Shown here one piece after another: positions 13,541 through 27,074 of a stretch of DNA of 64,000 nucleotides. Origin of the DNA: Kondoa subrosea (taxonomy: Eukaryota); the NCBI GenBank assembly GCA_039545335.1, contig BCIN01000002.1, forward strand, positions 3,267,564 through 3,331,563, given 5' to 3'. How positions within the stretch are numbered: the stretch's first letter is position 1; each line of letters begins with the position of its first letter. Made by a program: the position numbers and the translations under genes. The notes under the pieces are model-generated. The model was not told the DNA's origin and did no database searches. It saw only the letters and a list, made by a program, of their open reading frames with translations.

Positions 13541-14897
13541 TTACAATCGAACGAAACGAGGAGAACTTGAACTGAGGGAGTAGCGAGCTACAGAAGGTAA
13601 ATGAGCACAAGTGCAATCTGTTGACAGAAAATGCTCACCGAAGCCATAGCCAGCTACTAGACCCGCAACTAACGAACAAGCAGCAACAGCTTGCCAAACT
13701 TCCACATGCAAGATTGACTTGAACCAGCTCCAGATACCTTGAGGTACTTCGTCTTTCTTCTCTGGCTTATCTTCTGCTGGTTTGTTGATACCATGCAGCA
13801 ATGGTTTTTCTTGGTTGGATGTCCGATCTTGACTAGTCGTAACATCGGATACCGATGAACTTGCTCCGACAGTAGTAGCAGCAGTATTGACAGTCTTCTG
13901 ATATGACGCCGAAGCAGCTCTAGAAAGACTCAAGATCGGTTTCGTGGCTTGCAATAGTTCCAAAAAGGTTTGATCCGCTTGTAAAGTCCCTTCTTCCGGT
14001 TCACTTTCGACTCGCGGTCCATCAGCTGAAGTTCTACGGCCGTGAAGTAGAGAAGAAGATGTAGGAGATGCGCTTGCAGCCGGCGGATTGCCTGAAGATT
14101 GACGAACGCCGCGTTTACGCTTCGGCAATGGAATGATAGCGGAGCGAACCATGTTAGGCTGAGGTTCCTTTGCTAGCGACCGGGAATTATGGTGAGGAGG
14201 GGAAGAAATCACTGTACGGCCTAAAGGAGAAACAGAAACAGCAGGTTCCGCTTCAAGGTAGGCTGTTTCGCTCAGTGAATCGGTCACAGGGCGAGACGAA
14301 GATGATGCATCGATAGTTTGCGTTAGAGCCGATTCGCCAGCAGTGTCAGACTGATATTGCGAACGAGAAGTTGCGAGAAGAGAAGGTGAAGGAGATACAG
14401 GCCGCAAAGTTAAGCGACGCTGAAAGAAAGGCCGCGAAGAAGTAGCCGTATTGTTGGACCTCCCTCGCTGCAGCACAGAAGCAGACATGGGGCTGAGATA
14501 TAGGAGATCAACTCCGCACTCGTCTTCGGAACAACAAGAGAGCTTACCTAGTGCGTTGTAAGCCTATCGCAGCATTCTCTGCTGTCTCTAAAGACCCTCT
14601 GCGGCTCCTCTTGTCTTCGTCTTTCACGATTCTATCATCACGCGAGCCGGTTCTTTCCTTGCTAGTAGACCGGTTGCGACTCAGTACAGGCGCTTCTACT
14701 AGTTCAGCCTCAGATGTAGACGGCGAATCTTTAGCCCAGGACGAGAATTCTGCATTTGATTCATTTGAATGGCTTATCGGTCATCGCGAAGTCTACTGAC
14801 CGCTATCACTCTCGGTCTCTGCTGGATCAGTGGTATCTATGCGTTGATATCGCCTTGCACCTGATAGGGTATTATTATTCTGCAGGAAATGAGTCAT
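13541..14897 (-). CDS. Hypothetical Ser-rich protein with a C-terminal hydrophobic (tail-anchor-like) segment
   Basis: Exons MTHFLQ...DTTDPAETESD and EFSSWAKDSP...GLQRTR, then a 315-aa ORF ending in VWQAVAACSLVAGLVAGYG. Confidence 0.55.
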
Positions 14898-15047
14898 CGG
14901 TGGAACGAGAAAAGAGGCATTTGTCAAATTACGCGAAGTCGAAATAACGCGAGAATATGTAATTGTCAAAGAGCGGGAGTGACATAAAGCAGAAGAAAGA
15001 TGCCTAGCACCAGGCCTGTTGGTGTGATCAACACTGTACAAGAGCCT

Positions 15048-15725
15048 TCAACCTTTAGAGTGACCTCGGGACTTCTCTTCATCCTCGAGTTCAGAAGTTT
15101 CCCTATCCAAAGCTGTAAGTATACTTCATCCAAACGAGATAGCCACAGGAAACGCACTGGATAAGCTCGCAACAAGGGCAGCAGCTACCCGCCAGGCAAT
15201 CAAAGCATCCGTTACCTTCAATCTGATATCTCTGTCTGATCTGGCCGCGACGCCAGCATTGGAGAAAGCCGGTCAAACCGCAAGGGGAAACGCAGCAGAA
15301 GACCCAAGCATTCACGCCGCAACAACCAGCTTTAGGGTTTGGTGATCCAGCAGCCAAGGCTATTCGTGAGTATTCTGTCAAGAATCAAAGTCTTTGTGGT
15401 ATAGGTCAACGTACCTTCTCTGCGAGCTGCGACCTTGTCGTATTGATTACAAGGACAGCACCATGCCATCCACCAGTCACTGTCGCAATTACTGGCGGTC
15501 GGGAAAAAGGTAACGTCAGCATAGCCTCAGTGTTCGTAAACAACAAAATCTTACCATATACCACTGCAAAGGCCATGGTTCCATTCGCGTTCGTCGTTGT
15601 CATCTCTTCTTTGGCCGTACGAATTCAAATCTGCCCGTCAGATTTAGTCTTCCGATCATTAAGATTAAAGATTGGATCAAATCACGGTCCATTTTGGGAT
15701 TCTGAATAGGCTGCTTAGTATGCAT
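15048..15725 (-). CDS. PLAC8 family Cys-rich protein
   Basis: Spliced REWNHGLCSG...AWCCPCNQY...RGQIRQRYQIEGNGCFDCLAGSCCPCCELIQETSELEDEEK. Confidence 0.9.
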
Positions 15726-16271
15726 AATGACAGAGTAATACGAAACGAGCAATGGAAAAAAAGAAAGATTCAATATAGAAAAACTGAAATGGTCTGGAGC
15801 AAGAGATGGAATAGAAATTGGGGTCCGCCTTCTGCAAGCTTCGCCTCACATCGCCTACCTGGCGAACCAGGCAAATAGAGTTCCCTCTGCACAAACCAAT
15901 GTTACTCTAAGCAGGCAGGAAATATCAGGAGGTTTTGAGCAGAACGAGGAATAGTGGTTTACGGCACGAAGCTGAAAGCTTTGGGCTGGTTGAAGACAGC
16001 TGTTAAGTCGATAATACCGTCCACAGCGTTATGGCGAGTTCAGCTCGTAGTGAGATCCAGTTGACAACTTCTTGAACAGGTGCACAGCCTCAAATTCCCA
16101 ATGCTGCCGCTGTATCTGGGCACAGTAGATAGAGGATTGTGATGTCCAAAGCTTGTGCCTTAGATGGTAACCACTTTGACATATATCGTCAATTCTTCTG
16201 CTTTCACACACAGTTTCCTTCTTTTCAAAGAAAACCGAATGTGAATAGTATTACAGAGCGTAGAAGAGGCC

Positions 16272-17816
16272 CTACAAGGCCTTCTGATCCTTTTGGTTCG
16301 CTTTGCCATGATGATGATGCTGCTGATAGTGCACACCGCTCGATCCCTTTGCGTAGTGCAAACGCATCGATCCGTCTTCCGCCGTCGTCAGATGTATCTT
16401 CTTGATTGCTTCCCCATACCAGCAGGAGAAATCCAAATGCCTGACTCCTTGATTCTTCCAGAACGAGGAAAAGTTTCTCACAAAAGCCACTTGCGCTTCT
16501 GATGCTGTCGACAATTCCGGCCAAATTGCTAAGACATTTTGAGGAACAATGTAAACTTGAGGAGGAAAATAGCCAATCATCCTGCAATCCAACAGCGCAA
16601 TAGTAACGGATGTCAATTGAGGAAAGTGACCAGGGTCGAGAAGATTTAAGAAAGTTGTGTAGTCCTCTCTATGATCTGTGTCGGAATCAAATTGCAGGGT
16701 GATACGTTGTATTGTGCTACTGATGTTGGGCGCTTCGAGCATGATCATAACTTGCTGGCACAGATACTGCCTTTCAAGAAAGTCCAAATCGAGCTCTTCG
16801 CAATGCTTCATGCCAGAGAGAAAACCACTTTGCAGATAGAGTAATCCAGCTTCATCATCGATGCCTTCGACTGTCAATTTGCGCAGGTCTCTCAAATTCA
16901 GCTGAGCCGGAAACTTCGGATCCGTGTGTTTGACCACTGTCCATTCCAGATCAAGACATGGCAAATGTTGACCACATGTGTCTAGAAACCAGGGCAAGCC
17001 TGAGTGGGATGCTGAAGTATAATCTCCTCCGAAACCATAAGAGAGGGACAGGGGCTGAAAGTATGCTTCACCGCTCCAAGGTAAACAGACAGTTGCGAGC
17101 GAGCGTAAATTTGGCAGCAGGGGGAAAAGATCGGTTATTAGGCCTCTGATCACCTCTCTGGCTTGCGGACTATCTTGTACTTGCAAGTGCTCGAGATTTG
17201 CCCAAAAAGGAAGGTAACTGAGCTGAGACAGGTTGGGTAAGATGTCAGGGTTGGGATTAGTAGGTGTTTGGTGCGTGAGCACGGCGGTGTTTTGATCCCA
17301 GTCAAAGCTGATTTTGATGCTACTGATCCGAGTATAGTGTTGTAATATCGCGAGGGCGAGGGCGAGTTGATCGTTAGCTGCTTGAACACTTGTTTGAGCT
17401 CTTGCGCGTGCAGCATTTGCCGATCCCCTTCCGAATGGCACATCAGATATCGGTGACGCGAGCTTCCATTCGACTCTCTTGACCAATTGACCATATAAGC
17501 GAGCTTGAAGAGTGCGAAGCAGTGCAGGCTTTCGAAGGCTCTCGAAAGACATTCGATGATACACATGTTTCAAAGCTACATCGTCTGCTGCGAGTGTAAG
17601 AAAAGCTAGAGAGGAAGAAGACAAGCACGAACAGCATGCGCCTGAAGAAGCAGGATCGTTTAGCGAAGTACCATGGTTTCTGCCAGCTTCGAGGCAAGAC
17701 TCACGATTTAGACGCTGAAAGGACAAGATATCAGCCTTTGTCCCGACCTCATCTCCATCTTTTCCAACGTGATTGGCTACCAGGTCCAGTAATTCAGGCG
17801 GAAACAATAACATCAT
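16272..17816 (-). CDS. F-box-like/LRR-like hypothetical protein
   Basis: 514-aa ORF starting LFPPELLDLVANHV (F-box-like), followed by LxxLxL-type repeats (NLEHLQV, LPNLRSL, LRKLTV, FPQLTSVTI). Confidence 0.55.
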   Translation of the reverse strand: MMLLFPPELLDLVANHVGKDGDEVGTKADILSFQRLNRESCLEAGRNHGTSLNDPASSGACCSCLSSSSLAFLTLAADDVALKHVYHRMSFESLRKPALLRTLQARLYGQLVKRVEWKLASPISDVPFGRGSANAARARAQTSVQAANDQLALALAILQHYTRISSIKISFDWDQNTAVLTHQTPTNPNPDILPNLSQLSYLPFWANLEHLQVQDSPQAREVIRGLITDLFPLLPNLRSLATVCLPWSGEAYFQPLSLSYGFGGDYTSASHSGLPWFLDTCGQHLPCLDLEWTVVKHTDPKFPAQLNLRDLRKLTVEGIDDEAGLLYLQSGFLSGMKHCEELDLDFLERQYLCQQVMIMLEAPNISSTIQRITLQFDSDTDHREDYTTFLNLLDPGHFPQLTSVTIALLDCRMIGYFPPQVYIVPQNVLAIWPELSTASEAQVAFVRNFSSFWKNQGVRHLDFSCWYGEAIKKIHLTTAEDGSMRLHYAKGSSGVHYQQHHHHGKANQKDQKAL

Positions 17817-18599
17817 GTCTTCTGCAAACGGCGCCCAAGTGTTTCCAGACGACAGCGATGCTCAAGCTGGATCGGACGTCGGAAGCAAATGCGCACTCGC
17901 GTTGTTCTTCCTGCCTGCCTTTGCTGCTTCGTTGGTATCGGGCAAGATATCCTTCGCTGCAATTTTTTGGAAGTCTATGCATACAATGAGTATAATGTCT
18001 ATGGGTTGTTTGGCCTGCCAGACCACGTTAGCATCGCATTGCTGTCGCGCACTCTTGTCACTGTCTTCGTGGATTGGGTCCCTCAGCGCTTGACTTGATA
18101 CTCTTTCTCTTCCTATCCAGTCTTCTAGCGATCTCATCCGATCCAGATCTGTGTTTTCTCAATTCTAGTTCTGGAGTACTTCTCGCTTGTGTTCCCTCGT
18201 CCGATTCTTTAAAAGAAACTGCCGCCTGTCGAATTTTGTGATTGTACAAAGTCATTCCCTCATTACGGGGAATACTTTTGTCGTTGCTTCAATCTCGCTT
18301 CAAAACATGTACTCATAACCATCGCCTGAAACTGTGCCAGGCTGCACGACTTTGATGCTTTATTGCATGTAGGCTGTCCAATCGCTTCGAATCACTGCTA
18401 CTACATTATGGGTATTCTAGCTCTCGGAACTCTTCGCGGCACGTTGCATTGGAGGTCTTCGGCCGCACACGTATATCGTTAGCCACGAATGAGATGCAGT
18501 GCCTTAGTCTATTCGGCAAATCTTGTTTAACCATTTCCCCACACCATTGCCAATCCGATTGCCCCAGCTTCTTCTCCTTACACACATACAACCTTCATT

Positions 18600-20472
18600 A
18601 TGGCAGCAGCTACACACGAGAAACCAGCAAACGCAACTAGTGATCTTGAGGCTGCATCGGGCGCGAATGGATCAGCTATTGGTCGTCAATTGTCAATTCA
18701 ACTTACTTCGGAACAGTTTGAGTAAGTCAGACCACTTCAATGTCTGCTCCAAGAAGCTGCTGAATCGTCTTTCTAGAAAGTTATATCTACAGCCCGTACG
18801 CATTGGACGGACTTTCTTTGATTCGGCGCGCTGACGCGCTTTCAGGGAGGTACTGCGTCAAAGGGTGATCTATCCAAGCGTCTTGGCAATCCCAGTTAGT
18901 CTACAGATTTATCACTGGCGCTGCTAACGTCCCATTAGCTGCATTGGGATTGATCTCCTTCTTGTGAGCCGGGAGGTTACTTTGTATTTCGCACAAGCTA
19001 ACTCCTTACTCAGACTATGCCTAACCCCTGTATGTCAAGTTTTCCTACAGTCAAGACTGCCTTCACTCAGGTCGATGCTTTTTGACTGTTGCAGGTGTCC
19101 TGCTTCTTGATGGGCTTTGGTAATGCGACTGCTAACAGCAATACATCAAATGCCGGGTTCGTCAATCCGTTATATGCCTCGATGCTGAGCTGATCTCGAG
19201 TATAGTTCCTTTATACTCATTGGTGGTGTTGGTTTATATGTTGCTGGTCTGCTTGAATTTATCCTCGGAGTAAGCGATGCGTTTGTAAGCATGATCTATT
19301 CCTGATGAAATCGGTCCAATCGCAGAACACTTTCCCATTCGGTACGTGCCCCGCATTCTCGGATGAGCTTTCACTAAGCGATACGAGCAGTCGTCTTTTT
19401 CAGCTTTGGTAATTATCTCACTCGGACTACCGCAAACGCTATGTTGACACCCGCACAGGCGGTTTCTGGACTACTTTTGTCAGTTCATTGTTTCGATCGA
19501 GATACTTCAAAGCTTATTAGGCGCATAACAGGGTTTTATCAATTCGCGTACGTGTCTTACAACATTTCGGGTTGATGGCACCAATGACAAATTCAAACAG
19601 CTATTCAGAACCTCACAGGAGCATACGCTCAAGGCGCTGAAGATCCTCAATTCAATGCAGGTATAGCGATCTGGCTCGTTTGCTGGGGAGTTTATGATTT
19701 CATTCTGGTTAGTCAAGATCCCACAGGCTAATCACAACTTCTGATCGGACGAGTTTCTTCCTAGCTGGTTGCATCGCTTCGAACCAATGTAAAGAGCCTC
19801 CTTCTATAGTCAATCCCTCTGTGCTAATCTCTGCTGTCTCGTAATAGGTGGTCTTTGCCGTAGGTTTTACAGAGAAAAAGGCCGAATGATCTCCTGACGC
19901 TTACCCTTATAGCTGCTCTTCTTTGTCCTGGATATTGCCTTCTATTTGCTTGCGGCAGCATACTTCAATCTTTCCTGTACGTTCTTCATCGACTATCTGT
20001 GTCTACATTGTAGAGTTGATGTCTGACTTCACAGACGGTAATGCATCACACGCCAATACGCTGTTGATTGCTGGAGGTGAGGTTTTGACATTATAGGTAG
20101 ACGTGTTCTAAGTCATCATCAGGTGCCTTCGGATTTTTGACGTGAGTCTTCTACTTATCAGGATGATGCTCTGGCTAAAGATTTGTCTCCAGTACACTCT
20201 GCGGATGGGTGAGCAAGATTTGCCAATTCTACCCGAAGTACTCTTATCATTCTTCTGCTCTAGTATCTCCTGGTCGTCCTATTACTTGGCTCGACCGGGT
20301 TCCCCTGGTAAGCAGTTCTATATTTGATGCAAGTGCCTGCTGATCACTTGTTGTAATAGCCCTCTACCCGTTGGAGATGTATGTCCTGCGACAAAGCTTG
20401 TAGCGAACTGAAACTGATCGTCTGTCTCTCTCTCTGCAGCTCTCTGGCTTCTTGAAGAAGAAGAACACATAA
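18600..20472 (+). CDS. GPR1/FUN34/YaaH (Ady2/SatP) acetate/ammonia transporter
   Basis: RQLSIQLTSEQFE...KRLGNP/ALGLISF, GLLEFILG/NTFPF, FSFG/GFW and LPVGD/LSGFLKKKNT*. More than 15 short introns. Confidence 0.9.
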
Positions 20473-20683
20473 AGCGCTCGCTTGATGCATCGGGGTTACT
20501 ATTCCTGAATGTTGAATCTGTCTGTATATTGTTTGTGATTGTCTGTGATATGTGAAATAAATAGTAGTAGTGTATCTTTCAAATGCATTATCGTTTGTCC
20601 AACACGAGATACTTTCAAAGGTTGTCTCTGACGTCTTTGAGATAAACTGATAAGGACTTCTCTTCCGCTCACTACCAAAGGCT

Positions 20684-22271
20684 ATGACTTCCATTTCACA
20701 TCTGTATGATTTGGCTACAATCAGAGAACGCTGTGAAGCAGTAGCCAGCTCAAACAAGCTTCAATACTGGTCGATAAACGATTCTGCTTTACCCAAAGTG
20801 ATTGACTATATCTTGAATCTCGTTAAACGGGACTACGGTACAGACTATGCCTCTATCAGACCACATGGACGTTGGAGTCATTTCCTAGCACAGGGCAAAG
20901 ATAGAATAACACCGCTTTTGAAAGAATGGTCTACAAACTCGGTTGATGCATTGGAACAAACTCGTCGAATGATTGATTTGACTGTAGTGTCAGTATTATT
21001 GGATGCAGGAGCAGGAGTAGAATGGAAATATACTGAAAAGGATGGAGAACCTATTGGTAGAAGTGAAGGATTGGCATTGGCTAGTTTGGACATGTTCCGT
21101 TCTGGTCTCTTTTCTTCCGACTCAAGTAACCCCCATCAAGTGGATGCGAAGAAGTTGCAAGAGGTGTCGAGTGATGAGATTGTTAAAGCTATGCAAGTGA
21201 AACAAGGCAATGCTATGCCTGGAGCTGAAGGAAGAGCGAATGTCCTTATTCGTCTAGCAAGCGTTCTGAGCGACTCAGAAAATGCCAAATACTTTGCTGG
21301 ATCTGGTGCAAGTGCAAGACCAGGTAATCTTATAGGTATGTCACATATCGTCCGTGTGGTAATGTACCGCTGACATACTGTAATATGCAGACTTCCTGAT
21401 CGCTTCTGAGCACGAAGAGAAATCTTTACCTCTACCTCTTCTTTGGCAAACAGTCATTGACGGTCTAGCGAAAGTCTGGCCAGCAGATAGTTCTCGAACA
21501 ACTCTACAGGGCAAATCTCTTGGTGATGCTTGGCCTTGCGCTGCTCTTCTTTCTGAAGGTGAAGATTTTGCAGCACTATCGGAAGATCAGAAGGAGAGGG
21601 CTATTGTACCTTTCCATAAATTATCCCAATGGGTGAGTGTTCTTGTGATCAGCGTACTTAATGCTTAGCGCATACTGTTTTCTTGCAGCTCTGCTACTCC
21701 CTCGTAGAAGTGTAGGTCAATCGCGCCGAGGCTGCTTCAAAGCTAATCGACTCCCTGCAGCATTGAAACGCTACTGCCATATACGCTACTGCCAAAAGGT
21801 CTACAAACAGGTCTACCAGGTCTGTCTTCCCTTTCATCTGCTACAATACCTAGCTGATTTCGACGAGCAATAGAATATCGCAACGGAGGTCTTTTTGTCG
21901 ATTTCGACGTCTTTCAGCCAAACCTTTCCGCTCTATCTTCTTCTTTCTCGCTCTCCTCTCCAGTATCGACTTTACTAGACTTACCTCCTATGCCAGCATC
22001 ACATCCAGCAATAGTGGAATGGCGTGCTTTGACAGTAGTTTACCTCGATAAAGTTCATAAAGGGATCAATAAACTTTTAGGTCAAGAATTAAGTTTGGCC
22101 CAGGTTTTGGAAGCGGGAACTTGGAAAGCTGGTAGAGAAATTGCTAAAGCAAAGAGAGGTGATACCGGGTGAGTGTTTCATCCCAAAGTTGAAGTCGAAG
22201 AGAGACGCTTACAAAGAGAGGTTAGGGCTGGTTCTCCGGTTGCTGTTATTTCGGATGGGACAGTATTTTGA
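20684..22271 (+). CDS. URC4: Uracil catabolism protein 4 / Urg3 (DUF1688)
   Basis: IRPHGRWSHF, VSVLLDAGAG, GRSEGLALASLDMF, VPFHKLSQW, TGLP/EYRNGGLFVD, IVEWRALTV, LEAGTWKAGREIA and SDGTVF*. Confidence 0.92.
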
Positions 22272-22560
22272 GTACAAAATGTTCAAAGACATTGCATCAA
22301 TAGAAAGAAAAGCGAAAAGAATCGGACGGGCAAGCGAAAGGCTTCTCGATGCTTCAAATACATCTTCGTATACATAAGGCTCTATCGGTATACCCTAGTC
22401 TTCAAGCACGCTCTATTTCTATTTCTGTCGCGCGTCAACGCCCATTTCACATTTTCGCGGCATTCGTCGGGGTTTTCGTTGGTCGGTTTTCCTCAGCTAT
22501 TTGAAGCTCTACAATCCTGCTCTTGTTCCCTCTCATTCAATCTTCACTTCCCTGATCACA

Positions 22561-23604
22561 ATGACTGCCTTCCTCACCCAATCTTCCTCCGTCAGAAAAA
22601 ACATCGGCTTGAATTTCTTACGTGATCAGCTGAGCATCTCATCATGGCTGCTCGTTGGCGTTTGCCTTCAATCTTTCGTACTCTTCTTTACTGTCAAAGA
22701 TATACCAAGATGCTTTTGGTTGCTTCCAGGTTTAGCCTGTTTCAAATTGCTGAACCTCATTTCCGTCACTACTGGCCTAAAATCCAACCCTGCTATGCAA
22801 GGAGTGATAGCTGAACGTATGGCACCAAATCTGCGTGAACCTGAAGGGACGGATCGAGTGGTTTGTTTCCTTCTTGGTGTCAAAAGTAATCAGTGAGCTC
22901 TGTCTGTCTTTGTCATGGGTCTTTACTGATTCATTCATTAGTCCCTTAGGAATCATGGCACCAGGTTTCTCTACTATCGGGTCTCATTTTACCAAAATGA
23001 ACAAAGACCTCGAACAACATCCTGAAGAGTATGCTTTATTAGGGTGCAACACTTTCTTGGGAACGGATGATCCAACTTCTAATCAATTGCTCAACATTTT
23101 CTATTTTCGCTCTGCTGCTCATTTGCACAAGTTTGCTCATGCTCCTGTTCATCGTAAGTTCTGGTCTTTTTCAGCTGCTATCTCGTCGTACTTATCCATC
23201 TTTTGGTAGGAGATGGATGGAATTGGTGGAACAAGACTGTCAAGGATCATCCTCATCTTGGGATCTTCCACGAGGTGAGTTTTCTTTTAATAATCATACT
23301 TCATAATTACAAGTGCTGATCTACTCTTGCTTTGAATAGAGCTTTGAAGCGTCTGTTGATGGAGTGGAAGCAATCTATGGTCATATGAAACCTACTGGAT
23401 TAGGTATGCTCGTTCCCCTGTTCTCAGTAATTCAAACGCTGACATTTACTTCGGATAGGTCGAACACAATACAAGTCTGAAAACAGTGATACATATGTTA
23501 GCCTATTACAGAAAGTCGGACAAGGCAAGAGAAGAACAGCAGCGGGTCGGATGGGTTTGAGTGATGGACAAGATCATTCTGATGTTGAGTATCTGGTTGA
23601 TTGA
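22561..23604 (+). CDS. DUF4188 / af470-like monooxygenase family membrane protein
   Basis: LRDQLSISSWLLVG, VVCFLLGVKSN/PLG, IFYFRSAAHLHKFAHAPVH, GWNWW, HLGIFHE, EAIYGHMKPTGLG and GRMG. Confidence 0.8.
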
Positions 23605-23951
23605 ATTGGAAATGGTCTTCCTCTTGCTTGTATATAACATATTTCATACTCAGTTTCAATGTAATGCTGTAATCACCAGTTCCTTTGTGAGGCAGATCGT
23701 TGTCAGAATCAAACAATCCGAAAGCTTTGCAAGCGGTACTTCCTTGTGCTCGATACAGTAGCTGTGCAGTAGGCCTCATGATTCTGTGTAAGAGAGAAAG
23801 AAAGAAAAAAAGAGAGAGGAGAGAGAAAGAGAGAGGAAGGAGCGAAAGTAGATGTTGATATTTCGCAGCGTTGGCAGGTCGCTTTCCCTTTCCTTCCAAA
23901 CCATACACCTTCTGGCTGCTGGCATTCCTAGAGCAGCCTATATACCATTTA

Positions 23952-25781
23952 ATGGCCTCGATCACAAGGAAGCAGCGACCTTTGAAGCCTGCTTATCGGG
24001 AACTGAGTGACTTGGAAGACTTCGAAGATGATCTGCCTGACTTGGACTCTCTTTCTCTCGCTGAATGCCTCAAGAAAGCTCAGAAAGTAGCTGTCGTAGC
24101 CAATCCTCAATCTCAAAGTGCTGCAAGCCCGAATGACAAACAAACAATATCAGACAGCGAAGTGGAAGCGCCCTTGCTGGATTTCTCTCCCACTACTTGT
24201 CCAGTGCAATCTAGTCCTTCGCTGGACTCCCTATCCTCTGCCAGATCAAGCAAATCTCTGCCCTATGCTAGCGATAATGGGACAATCTCTGATAGCGAAG
24301 CTGAAGCGCCTTCACTCGAATCCTTATCAACTGCTCCTTCTATTCCAATAGCTTCCACATCTCAATCAGTAACGAAGACTCCAGCCAAATCGGTCAAGAA
24401 AGCTCGAGCCAAACGAAGAGTGACCATCATCACGCTATCGAGTGATTCAGAAGATGATTCTCCTTTGCCCAATTCCTCGCCAAGACGTCGACCAGCTATT
24501 CCTTCTATTCCTCAGCTGCCTACACGAAAACCTCTGGTACCACTGTCAAGCGAAAGTGAAGAACCAAACGTCCCCTCTCTGGCTGCTACTTTCTCGCCCA
24601 AACGGAAAACTGTCGCTACTTCCGTCCCCGCTACTCCTTCTTCTTATCGCAATTCTCATTTGAGCGACTCAGAGTAAGTTCCGCCGGAAGTACCTGCTGA
24701 ATTGTGCTGAATCTGTCTGAGTAGTTCTGACGATCCTCTTAGAACACCTCTACCACCTCGAATAGCTCCCACTGACAATAGAAAGACATCTATTCCTGCA
24801 TCAAACTCAACTCTTCCAGACAAGCAAAAGACTCCATTACCGGCCTTTGAACTTTCAACAAGGGAAAACACTCCAATCCGCGAACGATCTCAATCTATTC
24901 TTCCACCGTCTTTATTCCTAGTCTTTGATCCTTCAAATAAAACTACACCACGTCAACCTTCCCAACCTCCACCTCCACAAGCAACGGCGCGGAAGATAAA
25001 AGCAACACCTTTGAAATCCCTTTCCGTACCAAAACAGAAATCATCTACTTCTTCTTCTCCTGTTATTAAAAGAGGTAGTAAGAAGAAACAAGCTGAAGAA
25101 TGGTCTAAAAAAAGGGATGAAATTTGTCAAATTCTGATATCGGATTTAGAGAACAAAGTTTTTGGGAATGATGTTTTACCTGATGATATGGAATTGGTTT
25201 GGAGTAAAAGATTGAATACTACTGCTGGAAGAGCAAGATGGAAACGAATCAGATTAGGGGATGGAAATTGGAGACATGAAGTTAAAGTTGAGTTGGCTAG
25301 TAAAGTGCTTGATACGGAAGAGAAGTTGAGGAATACTTTGGCTCATGAGTTATGTGTAAGTCAATCCAGTATTTGAGGGTAGATGAATTGAAAGGCTGAT
25401 CAGTAAGTCGCAGCACGTTATGAGTTGGGTTGTCGGCGAACCGGAAATCAAGCAAAGCCATGGTCCAAAGTTCAAAGATTGGGGCCAGAAAGTCATGAAG
25501 GCTTTTCCTGATATCACTGTGCGTATATAACACACGATAAAGTATGATGACTTATCCAAAGATTGACAGATCTCGACAAGACATTCGTATGAAATCGATT
25601 ACAAGTTTCGCTGGAAGTGCACTACTCCTCATTGTACCAAGATTTATGGTAGGCATTCAAAGTCGATAGATCCGAGCAAGCAAGGTGAGTCAAGGTTTAC
25701 CGGTTCCCCCTTTTGGTGCTCACGGAGTCTTCGCAAACAGGTTGCGGGTTGTGTCGCGGCAAGCTAGAACTAATCCAGTGA
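23952..25781 (+). CDS. SprT-like metalloprotease with a long acidic disordered N-terminus (GCNA/ACRC-like)
   Basis: WSKRLNTTAGRA, VELASKV, LRNTLAHELC/H (HExxH split by an intron), HGPKFK.W, HSYEIDYKFRWKC...C.KIYGRHSKSID and CGLCRGKL. Confidence 0.88.
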
Positions 25782-27074
25782 AATTTAGGAATCGTGTATG
25801 CATCGTAATGATGAGTTTAGCATACCGTATAATCAGACAGGACGAACTTAATAAGTTAATTGAGCAAGTCCCTTCGGAACAGCGAGCGAATTGCCAAAGC
25901 AAGTCCAGAATTCTATGATCCTTATAGTGGCACAGTAGAAGCGCGACTCGAAGCTTCTGCTCCCGATTGTCGCGGTTGCCAGCAACTAGCCTTAATATGA
26001 CAATGCGCAGGGTACACACTACTATGATGCGATTCACTGCTCTCGCTAAGTCTTCCTGATCTTTGTGCTTCTACAAGCGCCGTCCGGCTACGGCGTTCTC
26101 GTTCAGCCTGCTCTCGACCGTTCCTTTCAAGTCTCAAGTTGCTTTCGGACTTCGCGCGCAATAATCTTTGGTCTCCTTGGTATATCTATTATGGTCGCTG
26201 CCTATCATTACTGGGCAACTGCCTTCCCTTTTCGCACTCGCGCGTTTTCAAGATCTCGTCATAGCTGTTTTCCTCTTTAGCAAGCTAACCAAGCTTTCAC
26301 CTCTCAGCAACCTTTTGGGCAGCAGAACGCCAAAACGAACGTCTTTACGCTCATCAGACACTGCAGTCGAGCATGCACTTGCGGCTGAAGATTATTTTCA
26401 CACACAGTGAATGCTTGCGATAATCTTCAGTCAATGTGTGACGTAAACGAGGTGCTTTGGTCAAAGCGACACAAGTGTGGACTGTCTAGTAAAGCTGAAG
26501 TCTCCGAGGCTGAGCTCATACCGGACAATGCTTGGTGTTGTCGTAGACCAGTTCAAGCTACGCAGTATGAATTAGGGTCGACCAGACTTCGCTATCAACC
26601 GTTTCTGGGGACGAGAAAGCTACACCTTTGCTTCAACGCTCTTCCTTTCATCTTATTGCCTTTCAAACTAATCTCCCAGTAGAATATTTCACTTATGTCG
26701 CTTTATGGTATATCACTACAACTACTTAAAGCGAATGTCAGTCTCATATAATATGTCTGTCATTACGAGTACGCAGTGTCTTGCGCTACCGCTAATCGCA
26801 AGTCTTCGTCTGTCAACATTTGTTTTCACCTTACTTGAATCCATTTGTGCTTTGCTCTACTTTCTCCTCTGTACCTGCCTATCTCATTTCAATCATACTC
26901 TCAAAGATCATTTGTACCTGCTGTACTTTCTTTTGGCTTCCCGCTCACGCCTCAAACGAGGCTTAAACACGCGACTTATCGACGTCAATATCAAACAAAT
27001 CTATAAATAGCCCCATTCTTACGTTTCATCAAACCTTCTTTCCTCTTTTCTGCAAGCGACCACATAGAGCGTCA

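Noticed and set aside
17794..18255. Small minus-strand ORFs upstream of the F-box-like gene
   Set aside because: No homology is recognisable and they could be UTR or extra exons. Not supportable as a gene.
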